Below the pieces are notes generated by a model. That model was not told the DNA's origin. It saw only the letters and a program-made list of their open reading frames with translations, and searched no databases. The translations under genes and the position numbers were made by a program. A stretch of DNA of 64,000 nucleotides from Antedon mediterranea (lineage: Eukaryota > Animalia > Echinodermata). The stretch spans positions 9,166,201 through 9,230,200 of the forward strand of contig NC_092670.1 in assembly GCF_964355755.1 (NCBI RefSeq), given 5' to 3'. Shown piece after piece: positions 59,801 through 64,000 of the stretch (positions within the stretch are counted from its first letter, which is position 1; every line of letters begins with the position of its first letter).

Positions 59801-62115
59801 TAGTGGTGAACTGTTCTAAGATAAAAATCTAAATTGGCTGCCAGCCAATGTAAGGTTTTATATATTTTTTTTACACTAATCTGTCTATAAATCAGTGGAT
59901 TTACATATTATTGTTTTTCCTTTCTTAATGATAATTAGCTACTATAATATATAAGTAAATGTAAATGACTTTTGTAAGTTTAAAGAATGTATGAATATTA
60001 TTTTAGTTTTAGTACAGTAGTATTTTTATTTAACAAGACATAAAATGTCATAAAATTGTTTTTAAAAATCTGACCAATTTTCAATTGAAGCTATGCTTGG
60101 TCAACTTAAATAGTAAGATTAATATATATTTTCATAAAGAGAAAACGATTAAGATTTTTATGAATTGTTAAAGGATTTTCTCATCTTTATAATTTAATGA
60201 TTTTCTCATTTTTATAATTTTCTTCCATCATCTATCCAACTTCAATCCCACCACATGCGAACAACCCATTTCCAAATCATTTATTCCTAAATCAATTACA
60301 GTTACTAGATAATTTGGTTCCGTTTAAGTAATTTATTGTGTATAACGTTTTTGTGTAATTTTTTATAGTGTGTATAATGTATGAATATAGTTTGTTTCTT
60401 AAAATAGTGTACAAAAAACAAATTTCTGATATGTTTTATTGGACCAAATAAATGCTGTGAGAGCAGTGCATTATCATTATCATTTATCTTTTTACATTAG
60501 TAAATATTCAATAAATCGACGACATATCAATATTGATTCATCTACATCCGATTATTTCAGCATGTTTAATTTCTTTACTTTAATGGTGTTGTAGATTTAT
60601 GTAACATTAAATCATTACCATTTAGCACACAAGTAAATGATATATTGACATGGCAGAGAGTTTTCGCTTAAAGATATTGACGGGTCAATAGATTGCTTGG
60701 GGCGTATAAATAGGTCATCATTAATAGTATATATATAGTATGATACAAATTAAAAACTAATAAACGTTAACAGATGTATTGTCCCTCTGAAAAAAAAAAT
60801 GTATCCACATTTTTTGTTGAATATGCCATTTTGATGTTCCATAATAGTTATTCACATGACCAAAAATTAGATCAAAACAAAAATTATTAATTGAAAAAAA
60901 ACTAAAAGCAAAAAATAGCAAAATTTACTGCTAGCCAATGGTTTTGGTTGAATTTAATCGTTTAAAACTACAGTACAAATAAAATGACCTACTGTATTCA
61001 ATATTTGATTTGATTAACCTTCATTTTTCATATTTTTTGAGGACAATACAGTACATCTGTTTATTATTATGATGATGTCATAATGAATATTTTTTTTTTT
61101 ACAATATAGAGAGTAATTCATTTGAAGAAGTGGTAAAACAAGACAATGAAAAACCTTTGGAAGTTAATATGGAAAAAAAAGAACATGGTATGTATCATAT
61201 GAAGGGCTCCCTCGTTGATATACATCACATAACAAATGATAAAGTTTAGACTTTCTGGGCTAATTTACAGAAAGAACATTTTAAGAAATAAAAAAGATCC
61301 ATTGTTATTTTAAAATAAGTCTTGGTGGAAGTTTAATTACTTTCACAATATTTCAATATCATGTTTTGTTTTTCTATCTACTAGTGTCTCTATAGATTTG
61401 TTTTAATTCTGTGCACATGAATTCTGGCTATTTTAGTTTTTAAAAGCTTGTTATGTTTTCAGAAATCCTCATTTTCAACAAAGGCCCGGCATCCTTAGTT
61501 CTTGAATATAGAAGTCCAGCTGCAAATACTATTGGTTCACATATATTTTAGTCCTAAAAATAGTAAAGCTTTTTGAAGATAAAATTGTTTTTTTTTTTTC
61601 AAGATTACCTGACAAAAGACTGATAGGGATTAAGTCCTCTTTCAATTCTTTAATCTAAAAGAAAAACTCATCATTCATTTTTTTGTCATTTGTTTTAATG
61701 AATCTAAAGAAAAGAAATGTTTAAAATTGAAAAATTGTTTATGTTGTGAAAAGGGGTTAGTCATCCTAAGGGTGTAGTAAAAACTGTTTCAGATAATACC
61801 AGCATGGCTCATAACACTATTGTTAAGATCATTGACATGTTACAAACATATTTTAATGTTTGTTTTGTTTTTTAGCAACATTTTATGTATAGGCTTTTTT
61901 TTATCTCTATTATATTACTTATCGGTATAATCTAAGCTAATAATATAGTAAGAAATAAAAAAGAGTCTTTGTTGTTATTGTGTTTTTTCAGATTTATTTA
62001 ATGTCCACAACAATCCAGACACAGAGACTACTATAAAAGTGGCAGTTACATCATCAAGACCTGCCAAGAAAAATGAAAGACTTAAAAACAGAGTATTCAT
62101 CATAACAAACGAGAG
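38725..62115 (+). CDS. PTPRN2: Receptor-type tyrosine-protein phosphatase N / IA-2 / phogrin (PTPRN/PTPRN2) ortholog, 5' part; gene continues beyond the window
   Basis: Exons 38725-38824, 48708-48755, 50964-51103, 51481-52096, 52582-52959, 61110-61187, 61992-62115 (phases 1,1,0,1,1,1,2). Signal peptide, then the RESP18-homology motif GCRFSPVCSTREVCREDKLFGTC...YAY...L...L...GYGWHNPFAQ (cf. human PTPRN2 [24 protein letters not shown]...GFTWQDDYTQ), a long acidic pro-region, a KK site, and VFIITNE at the start of the mature ectodomain. Confidence 0.88.
39190..39975. repeat. Degenerate (CAT)n low-complexity tract
   Basis: TCATCA/CATCAT-rich tract; source of spurious His/Ile/Ser ORFs. Confidence 0.9.
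42900..43018. repeat. ~57-bp tandem duplication
   Basis: TAATGCAGAAAGAACAATTGATTGATAGAGTA(T/C)GCTAGTCTCACAATGCATGTA twice. Confidence 0.9.
44290..44915 (-). mobile_element. Decayed CR1/L2-group LINE 3' end
   Basis: Minus strand reads TTRQISKGNLHIP/KPSLEIFKLSFTYKAPHFYNDLPLSICNSLSFSSFKTRL, the typical CR1/L2 ORF2 C-terminus, followed by a 3' tail and an A-rich end. Confidence 0.7.
45067..45251. mobile_element. Palindromic Harbinger-like MITE
   Basis: TAAAGCTTGGTTCCCACTAG / CTAGTGGGAACCACGCTTTA with mirrored AACGCAAG repeats. Confidence 0.8.
45444..45592. mobile_element. hAT-like MITE
   Basis: CAGGGGTGGAT / ATCCGCCCCTG termini, internal poly-G. Confidence 0.65.
45729..45912. repeat. ~35-bp minisatellite, about 5 copies
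   Basis: ATATGTCAGTTGTCAGTTAAGCCATATGTCAGCGC units. Confidence 0.95.
47793..48129. repeat. 84-85-bp tandem array, 4 near-identical copies, inside a small TIR element (47768-48180)
   Basis: Units start at 47793, 47878, 47962 and 48047; flanks ATGGGTGGCGCCATT / AATGGCGTCGCCCAG are inverted. Confidence 0.92.
48708..48755 (+). CDS. PTPRN2: PTPRN-like exon 2
   Basis: (G)CRFSPVCSTREVCRE; TTTTAG acceptor, G|GTTAGT donor. Confidence 0.88.
50964..51103 (+). CDS. PTPRN2: PTPRN-like exon 3 (RESP18-homology domain)
   Basis: DKLFGTCAHRSASVYAYDLDPTGYIQLKNAIEYLLSRGYGWHNPFAQ. Confidence 0.9.
51481..52096 (+). CDS. PTPRN2: PTPRN-like exon 4 (acidic pro-region)
   Basis: Lies in the longest ORF of the window; TTTCCAG acceptor, G|GTAAGG donor; HSLKVVLKPYRHELDL...QNLLN. 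Confidence 0.88.
52582..52959 (+). CDS. PTPRN2: PTPRN-like exon 5 (GC donor)
   Basis: DLSLKDIQTLMKK...KIHPRPT; donor CAG|GCAAGT. Confidence 0.85.
54388..54528. mobile_element. Harbinger-like MITE copy
   Basis: Same family as 18279, 21997 and 27232. Confidence 0.75.
55548..55868. repeat. ~170-bp tandem duplication
   Basis: CATAATAAATTATCTTCCTAGAAACAGTGAAA and TGAGCACTCAACCTTTAGAGTAAA each occur twice. Confidence 0.88.
55945..56122. repeat. ~18-20-bp minisatellite GAGTTTCTGATTTTCCAA
   Basis: About 8 imperfect units. Confidence 0.88.
56594..56915. repeat. ~167-bp tandem duplication
   Basis: TAAAAGTAGAATATTCTGTT...TAATAAAAGGATGGGA...ACAAGGTTTATGTATTGA twice. Confidence 0.88.
60768..61063. mobile_element. 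MITE with A(C/A)AGATGTATTGTCC termini and TTAA-like flanks
   Basis: Left AACAGATGTATTGTCCCTC; right GAGGACAATA(CAGTA)CATCTGTT; a related end occurs at 13946-13980. Confidence 0.65.
61110..61187 (+). CDS. PTPRN2: PTPRN-like exon 6
   Basis: (E)SNSFEEVVKQDNEKPLEVNMEKKEH; poly-T acceptor, G|GTATGT donor. Confidence 0.8.
61992..62115 (+). CDS. PTPRN2: PTPRN-like exon 7
   Basis: (D)LFNVHNNPDTETTIKVAVTSSRPAKKNERLKNRVFIITNE; AG|GTAAGT donor. Confidence 0.83.
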
Positions 62116-62394
62116 GTAAGTTTACCACCTACATTTTGTATTGGTACGCTATTTTTGTGGTACTAAACAGATTTGTTGAATGTGATGGGATTATGTATAT
62201 AGTCAGGCTCAAACTACTAGAACTTGTTGGCAATTCTCACCAATGTACATCATGCTATGTTTTGGAAAGTTCCTGAATATTCATTGTTTATATTTAAGAT
62301 TCAAGAAAATTTATTTGTCCACTTAAACAGAAATTGAAATTCACTTTGCTTGCTTTGCATCATAACACCAATAAAAATAAAATAAAATATATGC

Positions 62395-62765
62395 AACAAA
62401 TAGCTAAAACACTGATGATGATTACTGCCTCTCCGCTGAAAATTCTGCCAACATTTCTGCTTGGGCTGCTCCGTATATCTCTTTTACCAATTTCTTCCAA
62501 TCGGGTCTTTCATTGGCTAGTTGTTTAAGTTGTTTGATGTCTTTCTTGGTTTTCAAATGTCTGGGATACTTGATGTTTGTGTTCTGCTTATAAATGGTGA
62601 GTAGGTCGTTGCTGAGAGTTATTGGTAGGGTGGTACTCGGTCTTCCTCAAAATTTTGTATTGGTAGTGTTGATGAAATAATAGCTTATTAGCTGTGTTAG
62701 CTGGTGTACATGGGTCTTGTCTGAGTATGTGACCCAATAGTCTCCATTTTGTGTTCACAATTTTA
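62395..62765 (-). mobile_element. Decayed RTE-group LINE 3' end
   Basis: Minus strand reads KWRLLGHILRQDPCTPA.../GRPSTTLPITLSNDL...LANERPDWKKLVKEI, matching the RTE-type RW.GH..R / GRP / DR..W motifs, with stops and a frameshift. Confidence 0.7.
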
Positions 62766-64000
62766 AGAATAAATAAGGTAAAATGTTAAAATATTGTCAA
62801 AAATGATTAGAATTCATAAAAAAAATCAGAAAATGTACAGATAGATGCTGATACCTAATATTAAATATCGCCCTCTTGTGTCTGGATGTAATTGTTTAAA
62901 ATGCTAGTGCCCTCAATGGTTTGGTCATACTTTATACAGTATTATAAAGTCATCCGATATTTAATTTTTCCAAGTTTGGACCACCCTCTTCTAATGTAAA
63001 CTAATATCAAACAATATAATATTCAAAATTGTACACTGAATGTTGTACTGTATTGATTTGACTCCGACAGAAAAAAAAACAGAAATAATTTTCAGTGAGC
63101 AGATGTTTTGTAAATGGAAAAATTACCGGATTATAATTCTACATGTAAACCTCATAACATGAAATATTATGAAACGATTTAATTGAAATTAGCAATTTGT
63201 GATGCATAGATTTCAAATTCTGTAAGCTCTGTGTAAGCCATGAATGCTTGCCACTACACGAAATGTGTTTTCAATTTAAAAATCTCTTATTATGATTATT
63301 GATAAGATATAAATTGCTATTTTTATTATTTTCTCTGCAAAGTCTTGTAATTTATATAATCTTCTTCTCGTAGCCATTTTTCATTTTCAGGGTCACCATA
63401 TCAAATAATGTATTTCATTTTCTCTATATTATTTCTTTTCACGCACATTTTTAACTTTTTGTTTTTTACTTTTGCCTAAGAAACCTATCTATCCATTAAT
63501 TTCTAAAAACATTTAATTAATTTCAGAAGTCATCATTTGCATTTCTTTCTAGATTCCTCCTTCCCTGAACTCCTCTTCTTTTACTTCTAAAAATTCATCT
63601 TCAGCAAGTTTCTAATAACTTTTATAACATTCAATATATATTATATAGCAAATAAATATCTTCAGATAGTTTCCTTTTCAGAAGTCTTCCATAGCAAATC
63701 ATTATCTTAAATCCCTGGTCATTCAATATTTTCCTTTTTCACCAAACCAATTACTGTTTCCATCTCTTTCCAATTCTATTTGTTTCCTCCATCCTCCTTT
63801 TCCTCCTTTATATGATCCATTACACACTTTCTTTACTTACTCATTACTCTCTCTCATATCTTCTTCCCATAATATTCATAACCTCCACTTCTGTCCTTTC
63901 CACCACATGAAACATTTTTCTTTCATCTCTCCCTGCACTGGCTGCATCTTCTTTCTCTGTGTGACAAATCCATCATCAGAAAGTTTCCATTGATCATCTT

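Overview
AT-rich, intron-rich eukaryotic (metazoan) genomic DNA. TTAGGG repeats and Deu-domain SINEs point to a non-arthropod invertebrate, plausibly a deuterostome such as an echinoderm (not verifiable here). There are three gene regions. (1) 0.7-13 kb, minus strand: a tandem array of small secreted-peptide precursor genes. They share a promoter, a non-coding first exon and a near-identical signal/pro exon, but their mature-peptide exons are unrelated. Copy A is a 121-aa precursor with two 4-Cys truncated-EGF-like modules. Copy B is a predicted 97-aa precursor built through 12- and 14-nt microexons and ending in an amidation-type FQIFG. A third copy runs off the left edge. (2) 14.5-34.8 kb, minus strand: a complete 17-exon GCN5/PCAF (KAT2A/B) histone acetyltransferase of about 816 aa. 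(3) 38.7 kb to the end, plus strand: the first 7 exons of an IA-2/phogrin (PTPRN/PTPRN2) receptor phosphatase, head-to-head with KAT2 and using a GC-AG intron. Introns are filled with MITEs (MULE-, Ginger-, hAT- and Harbinger-like), DeuSINEs, LINE remnants, tandem repeats and apparent transposon excision footprints. Most ORFs in the supplied track are spurious. All gene models were spliced by eye and need RNA-seq confirmation.
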